A DNA stretch of 64,000 bases, taken from NCBI RefSeq assembly GCF_001194135.2, contig NC_068998.1:7159698-7223697 (forward strand), given 5' to 3'. The notes under the pieces were generated by a model. It was not told the origin of the DNA. It ran no database searches and saw nothing but the letters and a program-made list of their open reading frames with translations. Positions within the stretch are counted from its first letter, which is position 1, and the number at the start of each line of letters is the position of its first letter. The position numbers and the translations under genes were made by a program. Positions 12,289 through 25,100 of this stretch are shown one piece after another. Source of the stretch: Octopus bimaculoides. Lineage: Eukaryota.

Positions 12289-12474
12289 TTGTGGCTGTGT
12301 GGTAAGTAGCTTGCTTACTAACCACATGATTCCGGATTCAGTCCCACTGTGTCACATGGTTCCGAGTTCAGTCCGACTGTGTGGCACCTTGGGCAAGTGT
12401 CTTCTACTATAGCCTCGGGCCGACCAAAGCCTTGTGAGTGGATTTGGTAGACGGAAACTGAAAGAAGCTCGTCG

Positions 12475-12528
<54 letters not shown>

Positions 12529-12753
12529 TGTATATGTTTGTGTATCTGTGTTTGTCCCGCCAACATCAATTTACAACCGATGATGGTGTATTTACGTCCC
12601 CGTATCTTAACGGTTCGGCAAAAGAGACCGATAGAATAAATACTAGGCTTACAAAGAATAAGTCCTGGGGTCGATTTGCTCGACTAAAAGCAGTGCTCCA
12701 GCATGGCCACAGTCAAATGACTGAAACAAATAAAAGAATAAAAGAATAAAAGA
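12289..12753 (+). mobile_element. Family B SINE, near full length, with internal (CA)n and duplicated B-box segment
   Basis: gtggctgtgtggtaagtagcttgct head; ggcaccttgggcaagtgtc CORE-like segment; (CA)n at about 12479-12524; tail gactgaaacaaataaaagaataaaagaataaaagaa. Collinear with 60401-60844. Confidence 0.95.
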
Positions 12754-13069
12754 ACGTCTTTAGCCACGAAATGCACTTTTCTCTTATTTTATCTTAATAA
12801 CCATTAGTTTTATTACGTATAATACAATTATTTCTATAGGTAAAATTTAATATGTTAATTATGTTACCTCACCATCCCCTCAGTGCTCTCTTTTGGGTGG
12901 TAGCATGCACGGTGAGAAACTCTGGTATAACTGAAGCAAAATTGGTTTTTATTTTTTGTTGGTGGGGACTGCGAATTGGGCTGCTTACAAGAGCTTATTC
13001 TCGTTCTTCAGTTTTCACCATTCCATACTTATACCGAAAGAAAAATAATCCTTCTCAATGTTATTTTCA

Positions 13070-13520
13070 AGAATAAGGGGAAAAAAATATAATGTCAAAG
13101 AAAAGAACGACGGTTAATAAGAAGTTTAATGTATAAGAAGAAAAAAGAGAAGTGGAGAATAAAAAAAAAACGAAGAAAGCAACATGAAGAAATTCGAAGC
13201 TGATGAAAGTAAAAGAACATGCAGGAAAACAAGACATGATGATAACGATGATGATGATGATGACGATGAAGATGATGATGATGGCGACGATGACGATGAT
13301 CGTAGTGGTGGAAATATCGTAGGTGACGGTAAAATCAGAAAAGAATATGGAAGAAAAAAGGCACAGAATTAATGTAAAATACGAAGCATAGGAATGGTAA
13401 AAATTGAAGAAACGAAAAAGAAGAAAAAGAAGAAGAAGAAGAAGAAGAAGAAGAAACAAAAGAGAGGGACGAGGAGGAGGAGAGTCAGAAGAAAAGTATA
13501 AAAAAGGAAAGACGAGAATA
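13070..13520. repeat. Purine-rich low-complexity tract with (GAT)n and (GAA)n
   Basis: Direct reading; explains the spurious poly-D, poly-I and poly-L ORFs. Confidence 0.9.
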
Positions 13521-14289
13521 TGTGAGATCTATCTCCGGCAGCCATTTTCGTATGGAATCAGCTTCGTGATATAGAAGGGAAACGTTCACTTAAAATGTCT
13601 GCAACTAATATTTAAAAACCTCAGCCGATTTTCACTTGGTGGTGAGAAATATGTCATAGTGGCTTTACCAAAGTCAGTTCGGCTTTTAACTAAAATTCGA
13701 TGTAATATCATTTTGTGGTGTGTCAGTTTGTATATGTGACAGTGTGGTGTGTTTGAGAAAGAGAGTGAGAGAGCGAGAGAAAGATAGATAGATAAAGAGA
13801 GAGAACGTGTGTGTGTGTGTGTGTTTGAAACACCTAGTGTGAATGTATACGAGGAGGAGGAGGAGAGAAAGAGAGAGAGAGAGAGTGGGATAGTAAACGA
13901 TGTGGGGAAAGGTGATTTGCGAAAAGGAGAAAAAGAATTAAAGGTAAATGGCATTTAGTTTCATATATCAGAGTTTAATCTTCAGATCTAATCGACTTTT
14001 CGATTGGAGTTTATGTGTATATGTACGTCAAACGTATAGAAGCAGGCATTTGTGAGTATTTATATGTACGAACTTACATAAGTATATACATATAAATATA
14101 TATGTATGTATGTATATATATATGTGTGTGTGTGTTTGTGTGTAGATATGTATAGCACGTATGTATCTGTGTCTACTTATATGGATGTATACATAACTGC
14201 AGGCGTGAATGTAATTGTTGAAAAAGTGTAGGAGAGAAAGGGAGTTGAAATAAATCAATATCACGGATATATATATATATATATACATA

Positions 14290-14620
14290 TGTGTTGTTGT
14301 TGCTGTTTGTTCCTTCTCGAGCCATGCGTGCCTCATAAGGGCTGGTTTCCCCGGTTTCAATGGCGTATAGGTTCCCCAGCCTGGACGGTACGGCGGCCTG
14401 TCGCAGTTGAGCTGCTAGATATGCAGGAGGAAAGAATGAGAGAAAGCTGTGGCGAAAGAGTCAGCAGAAGTTCGTCATTACCTTCTGCTGGAGCTTAGGT
14501 GCTTCGCTCATAAACACACACTTCGCTCATAAACAAACACTTCGCTCAGTCTGAGATTCAAACCCACGATCCCTCGACCGCGAGTCCGCTGCTTTAACCA
14601 CCACTTGGCCATGTACCTCC
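14290..14620 (-). mobile_element. Family C SINE, full length, with a distinct 3' tail ending in (AAC)n
   Basis: Head tggaggtacatggccaagtggtggttaaagcagcggactcgcggtcgagggatcgtgggtttgaatc on minus; core shared with 5250-5452; 3' end ...gaggcacgcatggctcgagaaggaacaaacagcaacaacaac; internal 19-bp tandem duplication at 14502-14548. Confidence 0.9.
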
Positions 14621-14649
14621 ATATATATATATATATATTGTATAGAGAG

Positions 14650-14718
<69 letters not shown>

Positions 14719-15235
14719 GAGAGAGACAGAGAGAGAGAGAGAGACAGAGAGAGAGAGGTACGTAGCCAGATATTATGAATGGCCGATAGCGACTTTTCAA
14801 ATTTAATCGTAACTTATTTATTTCTACAATTATTAAAGGGTGTGTAATTTATTAAGGGATCATGCACATCACACTACTCATAAATAGGTGTAAATAAAAA
14901 GAGAGACGTGAAAGAAAAAGAGCCGTCGGTATTTTTCGATTTTCTCTGTTTCAAGTACAATATTAGATATATGACTTGTCCAATCCCACCTTGAATCTAG
15001 CTGCATCTACTTATACTACAAGCGGGTTCAGGTGGTCAAAGCACTTTATGGTTGCTAAATATCAAACTGGGCGTCAAAATAATCTTGTGCGTTTCGAGGT
15101 GAGACTGGAGATTTGGTAATTTGCTCATAAGTGTTAGTGATAGCAAGGGTACAATCGCCTTTGCGAAACCTCGACTGTTTCATGAATAACATTACTGCTG
15201 TTATCTTCTAAGTGTGAGAATATCTTGAGTTACAA

Positions 15236-15735
15236 CGAGAAGAAAAAGTGAAGAGGGAAAAAGTGGGGGTTGTAGCCGATAGAAAAGGGTGTAAGAATAA
15301 GAAAATTGCTGAACAAAGAGGGGAAGGGGGCAGAAGTTGTGTGGGTGTGTGTGTAGAATATGGTTGTAATCGAAGAGGAAGAAGGCTAAAGGAAGGTGAA
15401 GAAAAATTAAAAGTGAGAAGTAGAAGGAGAGAAGGAAAATCCCTGAAGATATTAGCAAAGGGGAAAGTAAGAAGTGTGAAAGAGGAAAAGAGAATGAAAA
15501 GGAGGAGGAGGGAGGGGGAATGAAGAGAAGCAGACAGATAAGAAGATGATAGAAGCCAAAAGAAAGAATAACACGGAAAACAAGAACACGAAGAGAAACT
15601 CTGAGAATATCAAGAAGAACACGCAGAAAAAAAAATACAAGATAAAAAAGGAAGAAGACATAAGACGAAGGAATCAGACGAAGGAAGGAAAACAAAAAAA
15701 AAAAAACGAAGAAAAGAAACGAAAAAGGTAAGATT
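15236..15735. repeat. About 500-bp purine-rich (GA/A-rich) low-complexity tract
   Basis: Plus strand is overwhelmingly A/G; ORFs over it are compositional artefacts. Confidence 0.9.
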
Positions 15736-16401
15736 AAATAAATTAATTGATGTATCTGACTTTTGGTAAAATGACTTCTCTTTCTTGTTTCGTGAAAATA
15801 ATAACATTGGAATGATGGTATAGCCTTTGATTTGAACTCAATGCAAAGTATTTGGTGAGAATTGTTTAATTAGGCATCATTAACTATGCTGGTTGTCATG
15901 AAGTGATAGCTACAGAAAATNNNNNNNNNNNNNNNNNNNNNNNNNNNNNNNNNNNNNNNNNNNNNNNNNNNNNNNNNNNNNNNNNNNNNNNNNNNNNNNN
16001 NNNNNNNNNNNNNNNNNNNNNNNNNNNNNNNNNNNNNNNNNNNNNNNNNNNNNNNNNNNNNNNNNNNNNNNNNNNNNNNNNNNNNNNNNNNNNNNNNNNN
16101 NNNNNNNNNNNNNNNNNNNNNNNNNNNNNNNNNNNNNNNNNNNNNNNNNNNNNNNNNNNNNNNNNNNNNNNNNNNNNNNNNNNNNNNNNNNNNNNNNNNN
16201 NNNNNNNNNNNNNNNNNNNNNNNNNNNNNNNNNNNNNNNNNNNNNNNNNNNNNNNNNNNNNNNNNNNNNNNNNNNNNNNNNNNNNNNNNNNNNNNNNNNN
16301 NNNNNNNNNNNNNNNNNNNNNNNNNNNNNNNNNNNNNNNNNNNNNNNNNNNNNNNNNNNNNNNNNNNNNNNNNNNNNNNNNNNNNNNNNNNNNNNNNNNN
16401 N

Positions 16402-16485
16402 AGGCAAAGTCGACCTCGGCGGAATCTGAAATTAGAACGTAGCATTTCGTCCGGCGTGTTAACGATTCTGACAGCTCGCCGCCTT
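16402..16485 (-). mobile_element. Family A SINE 5' part; 3' part lost in the N gap
   Basis: aggcaaagtcgacctcggcggaatctgaa...gttaacgattctgacagctcgccgcctt. Confidence 0.9.
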
Positions 16486-16489
16486 AATA

Positions 16490-16800
16490 TGAAAATAGCA
16501 CTGACATCGCATTTTAACAGATATATTTACCAAACTTTCATTAAAATATCTTGAAATACTAAAGAGTAAATGTATTCAATAAAATCACCATTGGCTTCAA
16601 CCACAGCCGCCAGACGACTTCAGAATATCCTGCAACTGTTCTGAATGGACTCCTTGTTTAAGTTAGTGAATACTTCCCTTATTTTTGCTTTTAGTTCATC
16701 TTTGGTGTTACAAGGAGGAGTTTTGCAGGTCTCTCATTCAACTGTGCCCTCCACATAAATTATCAAGGGGCTTTCAGTCTGGGGAGTTAGTTGGCTAGAT
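16490..16800 (-). mobile_element. Decayed Tc1/mariner transposase C-terminal fragment (DD-D type)
   Basis: Minus strand reads I*PTNSPD*KPLD, then after a frameshift YVEGTVE*ETCKTPPCNTKDELKAKIREVFTNLNKESIQNSCRIF*SRLAAVVEANGDFIE. This matches the WPPNSPD.NPLDY.VWG and RLEAVV.A.G.FIE motifs. Confidence 0.9.
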
Positions 16801-16824
16801 GTTAAGCTGTCAACACTCAGCTGG

Positions 16825-17010
16825 CAACAATGAGTAGTACCTGTAATTCAAGGGGCCAGCCTTGTTACATTGTGTCACGCTGAATATCCCTACGTTAAGG
16901 TTAAACGTGACTGTGGAGTCCTCAGCCACATGTATGTTAATTTCACGAGCTGGCTGTTCCCGTTGGTCGGACCAATTGGAACCCTCGTCATTGTAGTCAA
17001 CGAAGTTGCC
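16825..17010 (+). mobile_element. Family C SINE 3' body fragment
   Basis: Reverse complement of 2128-2300 (gtacctgtaattcaaggggccagccttgttaca...ttaatttcacgagctggctgttcccgtt). Confidence 0.8.
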
Positions 17011-17770
17011 AGTTTTAGTTACAAAGCCACGTAGGTGATTAAGTTTCTCATCATTATTTAATTAACTCTTTGTTATATTGACTGCCGTAACAAAGAATAG
17101 CACAGTTGAACCCGTCGGGATATGAACTCAGAACGTAGCAAAAAGTACTGCAAAAAATGAAGAAATGAAGTCATAACAACATTTGATTAAGAGAGGCACA
17201 ATTAAGTATATCTATAAGCTATCAATAGACATCAACTCTGAAATTATTAAATGGTAAGATTCTAAAATGAAATAAAATCGAGAACTATGAGAATAGACAA
17301 TTAAATATATCTGCAAGCTATTAATAGACGTTAACTTCCAAATCATATATGCTAAAAAATTATTAAATGCAAAAATTACAAAAATAAACAACGAATCATG
17401 AGAGTAGACGAGTTCTGATATTTCATGTAGAGTCTTTCTTGGCAATGATCACTATGTTGGAAAGATATAATTGAGGTCTGCCGTAATACTTGTCTTTCAA
17501 TAACACTGCATGAGACTTTAGAAAATGATAACAAAACTAACAGTAATTATTTAGTGAAGAAAAAGAATTGAGAATCATAAGAAAGAGACGGCAATTTAGA
17601 AGATAAAGGTAATTAGTTAAGATGGTAAATTTACGAAAGAAAGAAAAATTAGAATCTGATGATCGTTTAAATTAGTTTACATTCGAACTGTTAGTTAAAT
17701 GAAACTACACGGAAGGAAAAAAAAAACAAAACAGAGCACTGTTAAGATATACGGAATATTATATTATAGT

Positions 17771-17800
17771 ACTAGCTGACGTACCCGGTAATTCCCGGGA
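17771..17800. mobile_element. Possible Helitron/HINE-like terminus
   Basis: t-actagctgacgtacccggtaattcccggg: ACTAG followed by a short GC-rich hairpin-like segment, as recalled for non-autonomous rolling-circle elements. Other end not found. Confidence 0.4.
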
Positions 17801-18296
17801 AAGCGGGGGCTTATCCCTTGGTTCCGTCCTCAATATTGTTTCGCTAATCCAATAACAACAATACAAAGTATGTAGCCTTTAAAACGGTTTTTGTGCTTTA
17901 CAGAGAATACCGAACTGTCTTACACAGGATCTTGTTTTAAGGAATTCCCAATAAGTTATGAATACCCAAATTGTGAAGTCAGTTATGTAATAAGATGAAA
18001 TTAGTTAGCCGACAGTAAGAATTTAAATAAAGTAGCCCTGAAAAGGGCTTTAATGCGTCCCCAGCGTATATAGAACATATGAGGAAATACTAATAAGGTA
18101 TGTATACTAAAATCGTGAAGCATGTTACCGATTTAAATACCTTGCATAGACATTTACTCTTTTGCTTGTTTTGCCCTTATGGTGACAGTTGTAGTCCAAT
18201 TCATTGTTAACTGTTCGTATTAACAAATTTTGCCTCAGGTACCAAGGTGACTCACGGCATGATAAGGAAAAGACGCAGAATTCAAACGAAGTTACA

Positions 18297-18298
<2 letters not shown>

Positions 18299-18358
<60 letters not shown>

Positions 18359-18388
18359 TAATAATAATAATGATGATGATGATGATGG
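18299..18388. repeat. (AAT)n grading into (GAT)n
   Basis: Direct reading. The same gradient occurs at 38408-38471; purer (AAT)n at 41477-41513 and 58246-58332. Confidence 0.95.
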
Positions 18389-19016
18389 ATGTTATAGCTG
18401 TAACTCATAATTGTATGTGTTACAATGCAATTCATATTTAAAAATAAGAAGCATATAGTGCAATTCACCTTATAATGCATATAACTTATTTCTTTAACCT
18501 GTTAATAGAAATTAATGTGACTTTCCTGTTGGTTTTCATATTTTTTTCTGAAGAAACGGAGCTGAAAATGGAAATATATAACACCCTGGAGTTGTTGAAA
18601 CCACTTAATCATAAAGCTTTTGTGTTATGGAACATCTTCTAAATGAATATCAAGTCGAAATGAAGAGAGAATATGGCAAAGAAAATCGAAAACAAACATC
18701 ATTATTTATTATGCGATATGAGCGAGTGCTTTGTAAAGATTGTTTCTAAAGTCAAATAAATAAAGTTGACATTCCATTGTTTCGTTATTGCAATCACTTT
18801 GGAAAGCATGGTGACACTTAAATTCTAAAGTATTCAAGTATTCTTTTTCTTGAAGCGTATGTTTGCTTTCTTCACTGAATCGTTTACAGAACACATTGAA
18901 AACGTCAAGTACTGCCTTTGGTGGTGTGTTTCCAATGTTAATATACTTTCTGTGATTAAATTCGATTTCACTTTAGAGAATTTACATGGTTACTAATGAA
19001 AATACTGATTTCTGAT

Positions 19017-19500
19017 ATAAGCACAAGGCCTCGAATTTAGGGAATGTCTGTAGTCGATTATATTGATAACAATACTTGACTGAAAATTACTATTTTTAAA
19101 TCTCAAAACCTGTGATATTCAGCAACAGTACTTTGTAGTAAAGATTGACTGCCAACATAACATGGTAGTCCTGGTTTAGGACCAATGTTGCTGTAATTTA
19201 GCCCCAGGAGACATCGTCTCCGGCTGGCTATACGACACGATCTGTGTCCTTACATGTTCGAAAATATATGGGCACAGATCGTGTCGTATAGCCAGCTGGA
19301 GACGATGTCTCCTGAGGCTAAATTACATCAACATTAGTCCTAAACCAGGACTGCCATGTTATGTTGGCAAATAATCTTTAATACCTGACTGGTACTTTAT
19401 TTTATCGACCCTGGAAGGATAGAAAGCAAAATCGTCCTCCGCTGTATTTGAAATCAGAACACAAAGTGTCACAAATGTATTTTTGCGCCAGACCAATTCC
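19017..19500 (-). mobile_element. Old family A SINE split by an insertion at 19083-19379
   Basis: Tail part gcacaaggcctcgaattt...gtcgattatattgataacaatacttgactg (19021-19082) resumes as aatacctgactggtactttattttatcgaccctggaaggat (from 19380). Confidence 0.7.
19141..19378. mobile_element. Foldback/MITE-like palindrome, 238 bp, TA-flanked
   Basis: aagattgactgccaacataacatggtagtcctggtttaggacc...cacgatctgtgtcc pairs with ggcacagatcgtg...gccatgttatgttggcaaataatctt. Arms about 108 bp with few mismatches; about 20-nt loop; TA at 19139-19140 and 19379-19380. Confidence 0.92.
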
Positions 19501-20237
19501 GTAAGTTAATTCAATGCTCTCTTTGTCTATCTATCTATATGTATATTTCTGCGCATATAGATATATTGCCCGCGTGTGTGTGCAACATGTTTGCTTCCAG
19601 CGCCAAAACGAACTGTCGCCAAAACGGATGGAATATCCAATCAGTCGCGCCAAATTGCCAGCACCCAAACAGCCGCACTCATTCGTCTCCTTCCATTGTC
19701 TTCATGAATTTCAGAATACAAATAAAGGTATCAAGAAAGACTTCAAATTTAAAAAATACTAATACTACTAATCGTAATAATGGTAGATAAATTAAAAACT
19801 GTAACGTCGTCAGAAGCTAAATCATTACACACGTGACTAATTTAGAGTTCTTCACTTCCATTTTGGTAATATTCTCAGATTTATTTTTGATTTTACGAAT
19901 TACTAACATCTAGACATAAATTCTCATCACAATACAGAAAACGATCACAATTACACTGCGGGATGTTAACAAATTTCATGTGCTTTTGAAGTTACTAAAT
20001 GTCTACTCAAGCGTGAATGAGTAAATTAGACATCGGAGCAAAAGCAAATAGTTCTAGAAATAGGCTAGAACTTGACAATCAAGTAAATCTTTCTTAACCG
20101 ATAAGTGTAGGCACGGTTGAAGTGGTTAATTTCGCAATCATGTTGCTTCATGTTCGATTCCAGTGCGGGACGGGTTGGTGGTGGGAGGACAAGTGTTTTC
20201 TATCTTAGACTCAGATTGATCACAATATCAAATGAGT

Positions 20238-20460
20238 GGCGGCGAGCTGGCAGAATCGTTAGCACGCCGGGCGAAATGCTTATCGATATTTCGTCTGCCG
20301 TTACGTTCTGAGTTCAAATTACGACGGGGTCGACTTTGCCATTCATCTTTTCGGGGTCGATTAAATAAGTACCAGTTACGCACTGGGGTCGATCTAATCA
20401 GCTTAATCCATTTGTTTGTCCCCTCTATGTTTGGCCCCTTGTGGGCAATAAAAAAAAATA
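20238..20460 (+). mobile_element. Family A SINE monomer, tail B
   Basis: Collinear with 11146-11376. Confidence 0.92.
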
Positions 20461-20509
20461 AATATCAAACGAGTGAAATTTGTTAGACGGAAACTGAGCG
20501 GAGTCAGAT

Positions 20510-20910
20510 TTAGCTGTGGGGTTAAGAAGCACGCTTCGCAACCATGTGGTTTTAGGTTCAGTCTCGGTGCGTGGTATCTTGTGGAAAAGATTTTTTTAAG
20601 GTATCTCCAGGCCATGCCATGCTTCTAAAGTGAATTTGGTAAACGTAAACTGCATGAAAATTCGTCGTACACCTCCCCACCCAACACACATATATAATAT
20701 ATACGTATGTAAGTGTTTCTTTGTGTTTGTCCCCAACCCCGCTTGGCACTCGGTATTACTTTACTTACGTCTCCCCGTAACTTAGCAGTTCGGTCATACG
20801 TAACAGATGTAAAAAAAAATATTGAGGGCGAATTTTTCGACTAAACCCTTCAACTCGGTGCTCCCTGCACGGCCGCAATTCAATCAGTGAAACAAGCAAA
20901 CGAATAAAAC
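20510..20910 (+). mobile_element. Family B SINE, diverged copy
   Basis: gctgtgggttaagaagcacgcttcgcaaccatgtgg...ccccgtaacttagcagttcgg...gaaacaagcaaacgaataaaa. Confidence 0.8.
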
Positions 20911-21959
20911 ATATGCGTGTATGTTTGTAAGATATATTGTATTAATATTCGTTATTCGTAAAAGCGAAGATACTTTTCTAAAAAGACGTGATGTTTGAAC
21001 GTACACATAACCATTCGATGAACAGAGTTCGATAAAACGAGAACCAGACTTTAATATTGGGATATTTCGACTAGAACACCTGAATGCGGTGTCTCAGCAT
21101 GGTTGCAGTCCATTGACTTGAAAGAAGTGAAATTAAATAAAAGAAATGAAAACAATTCTAATCGAAAACTGTCATGCATTTCATCACATCACAAATGTCT
21201 GTGTTTCCTCTTTCATTATGTCAATCTACGTACAACCTAACAGACATAATTAAACTACTGCAGCGTAACTGTCACATGCTTTGATTGAAATTCAAATCTC
21301 TCAGTTGCACTGTCTCATATACTTCTCGCATATCTCAGCTCTCTTCTATCCCACATACATCGCACGTCTCTTGGCGATATACTGCTACCAATTTCAACAC
21401 GAAAAGTTGTCTGTACTTTGTCTAGTCATTCCCCGCTTGTCAATAACAGCAAAAGGACTTCCAAATACTTTTGGTTTATAGTCTCTTCAAATTAAAAGTA
21501 ATTTATATATCTTTCTCTGCTAACTCCTCTTACTACCACCAAATATTTGATAATAATTTCGCCTCCCACTTTCTCTTCCAGTCATGATCTAGAAAATTCA
21601 GCATTCACAAAAGCGTTTCTTTGGTGAATACATATCAAAACTAGGATAAACTATAAAATGGAATTTTGTGGCTAAGCTTCTTTTAGAGAAGGAAAATATT
21701 ATGAGCTTTAAATACCATAAATAACAGATAAATTTCAGATGTAATAGTGGATTTTCAATTTCAGCAGAAGCACACGACATAAGCTCGTTAAGGTTAAACT
21801 ACTATCACACACCCGCCTCCAATATTTCAGATATATTTGCGTTATCATAATAATGCTACCCCGGTCAGATAATGAAAAATGTAAGCCATTCACCCTGAAA
21901 AATTGAGCAGTCAAATCGTTATTCAGATAAGTTCCGTGGCTTTTAATAAATAAATATAA

Positions 21960-22150
21960 TTATTCTTTTATTCGTTTAATTGTTTCAGTCATTAAACTGC
22001 GACCATGCTGTAGCACCACCCTGAAGAATTTTAGTCGATCTGGAGCCCATAGCCGACTGTAGAATACGTGTAGTGAAAGGCGGTGAGCTGGCAGAAACGT
22101 TAGCACGCCGGGCAAAATGCTTCGTAGTAGTTCGTCTGTCTTTATGTTCA
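21960..22150. mobile_element. Family B tail (minus, 21960-22040) next to a family A head (plus, 22077-22150)
   Basis: tattcttttattcgtttaattgtttcagtcattaaactgcgaccatgctg; aaggcggtgagctggcagaaacgttagcacgccggg. Confidence 0.8.
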
Positions 22151-24889
22151 ATAATGTTTGATGCCACTTAAACATGGCTGTTCTGTAGAAACCGACGCTA
22201 CTACTATTTTAAAATCCAGGAAGACGCCTCCTTCAGCTGATTATTCGATGCAATATGCATCCGTTATATATACTGCAAGCAGGGAAATGATTCCCTACCA
22301 TCTTCCATCCACGAGACCACCAGACCGTACGGTTTTGACCTCTCTGTGGCCATCCTCGGTTGGTGGATGTCGTCTACTTGAGATAGCAGTAGATCACTCC
22401 AGATCGCAATATATAGAACACGCAGGCACACACACAGAGTAAAGTACTACGAAACGATTTAACAGTCAATAGAGTACAATGTAAGATTCCCCATCAATGA
22501 ATGTTGCCTACACATGAAAGTCTCCTGTCTCCAAGGTACTGATGTCTTAGGTACCGGTACCTTTCCATGATTTGCTGTTAGAAAGTACAGAACCGGGAAT
22601 ACAGATCACAAAGCATCTTACTTGACGCTCTTATAGCTTCGCTGATCTATTACTCTGAAACTGTAAAATAGTACCTCTCAAACGATGCACACTGAATTTT
22701 TAGAATTGCAATCCTTAAAAAAATCATTAATATTTGAGTATCTTGAAAGAGTCTATAATTTTGATCTACACAAGTATGATTAATGCGACAAATTATACAT
22801 CAATTTACTTAAAGTTTGATTTAAGAAAATCTTTCCATGAAAATATCCCAGTATATTTTTTAAAAAATTGTTATATGAATCGTACCAGAATTTATTTTTA
22901 TTCGAACTCCAATGCGTTACGAAGTTAAAAAAAGGAAAACTGAGAAGAATTGGTTTAGGTTTTTAACTTTCAGTCATATCATAGTTCTATTTTTATACTT
23001 TCAAATCGATAGAACTGATAACATTAGCATCCTAACGTCAAGAATTAAGAGTTATATCGTATATAGCATGTCATGTTCATAGACCTTACTTTCGTGTGAT
23101 GTAGCACAGACTGTTTATCTTCAACGAGACTGACGCTATACACAAAATAATTTAAGTGCATTGTCCTAGAAAGCTATTGTCTGCTGCATGCAACACTCAG
23201 AGATGGGGACGGGAAATATAGTAATCTTTATAACAAACATATGGGAATATTAATGGCTTTAGAAGGAAGGGTCAGTTATTTTAAAACCGTCTCAGTAAAT
23301 GAATGATATTAAAAAAAAAAATAAGAAGAAACCAAATAAATTCGTATTTGACCACAACACGTGGCTCTAATGCATTTGGACGAAACCACCCCCTTTATCT
23401 GGGTTTTATACGTCTGTAAGTTTATAAACACTTATTTTGTTACTAAAACTCTATTCGTCGTACACAAACTGTCGGTTCCGTTGCAGTTCGAATAAAAAAT
23501 ACAGATTCTGTTATTTTTTTTCTTTCAGTTCTAATCTTGCTTTACCTCCTTTTCATTCTGATGGGAAAAAATAACAAAGAAATTTAAAAACATGCATTAA
23601 ACCATTTCAATATCAGACCTAAATTCTATACATTTTATTGGCTAGTTGAAAGAAAGAAATATATTTAAGAGAATCTAAGATCGAAACTGGAATAAAGTGT
23701 CAATGTGATAGGAGGTTCTAAAAATGGTAAATTGAAACGACCCACTTCTCTTATTTTTTGCCTGCGTTGTGTTTATTGGCAGAAAATGTCAGTGATAATG
23801 GTTACTTTGGAATGTATGGAGATACGAAATGGCTATAATGGTTTAGGTTTATGGGCAAAGTTCACATTAATAAATGCTTCGAAGGTCCATTTCTGGGCGA
23901 AAACTCTTTATAGAGAAAGTTTTAAATTTAGCACAACTAAAAGAAAAAGAAAAACAATGAAAAAAATAAAACTTAAGAGAGTTAAATAAAGTTGTTCTTT
24001 TTTTGTGGAGAATACTCGTAAGCTTTAGGTAGCCATGTTATGTTTAAAAGACGGTAAAAATAAAAGTATATAAATTCTAAAATAATTCAAACAGATCAGG
24101 TAAAATGGATTTTATTTTCTAAATGTAAGCGAACGCAATTAGCACGAAGTCATTTAATAACAGTTTAAAACCACCAAGAGAAATTCTTCATCTGTACACA
24201 TCAGTAATTGACTAGATGGGTCACATTTTGATAGCTTATAAGTAGATGATACGGCAATATTGAATAGAATATTTACTGAAAAACCGATTTATATCAGAAT
24301 CTTCAGTATTGAAGTCAAATAGTCAACCTTAGTAAATGAAATTATCAAAGAAGAAAGAAAATACAAAACAAAACAAAACAACAAAACAAAAGACTGTCTT
24401 CTTATCTCTTTCAAAGATAGCACTTTGTTTTCTTAATAGGAAATCATACAAAAATAAAAACGAAAACAATACAACTATGATAGTCATACAGTCTTGTATT
24501 AAAAAAAAGATTATAGTTTTCTCGACATAAAACGTCTATACCCATAAATAACTATTGTTTATCGCACATATTAATCAGTATTTAAAAGCTACACAAAACA
24601 GTTTATTAATTGTTCCCACAATATAAAACGAAATTATGTGGCCAGCACTGGTCACGTGATTTTCTTGGTGTTAATCAGATGCAAGCAAACCTGTCTTCGT
24701 GTAGGATACTGGTCTATTTAAGGGTTCGCTTTCGAATAATAGAGGACCAAAATTGGCCCAGCAAGTGAATGTGAATTGCTGAATGATTCTATTCCGCAGT
24801 GATACCAATTAATGGTGATGAGTGGTGCCATCTTCAGAACCAATTTCAAACTAACTGAACTATGTTAATTAAGTTACTTAATCATTAAA

Positions 24890-25100
24890 AAAACCGAGCT
24901 TGCAAATTCATTATCGAATCGGAAATCGTACTTCGCCGCAGTTTTCCAGCTCGCTACATTCTGAGTTCAAATTTCGCTGAGGTTAAAGTTTGCTATTCAT
25001 TGTACTGGAATCAATAAAATAAAATTCCAGTCTAGTTTTGGAGTCGATGGTTGAGACTAACACACACCACTAAAAATTGTAGGCTTTGTGCATAACTAAA
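24890..25100 (+). mobile_element. Old family A SINE
   Basis: cgctacattctgagttcaaatttcgctgaggttaaagtttgctattcat...ggagtcgat...ggctttgtgcataa. Confidence 0.6.

Noticed and set aside
13184-13372. Acidic/basic ORFs over purine-rich tracts (also 15248-15731)
   Set aside because: Composition follows (GAT)n, (GAA)n and A-runs; no splice or homology evidence.
22549-22562. Perfect 14-bp palindrome aggtaccggtacct
   Set aside because: A few palindromes of this length are expected by chance in a window this size.
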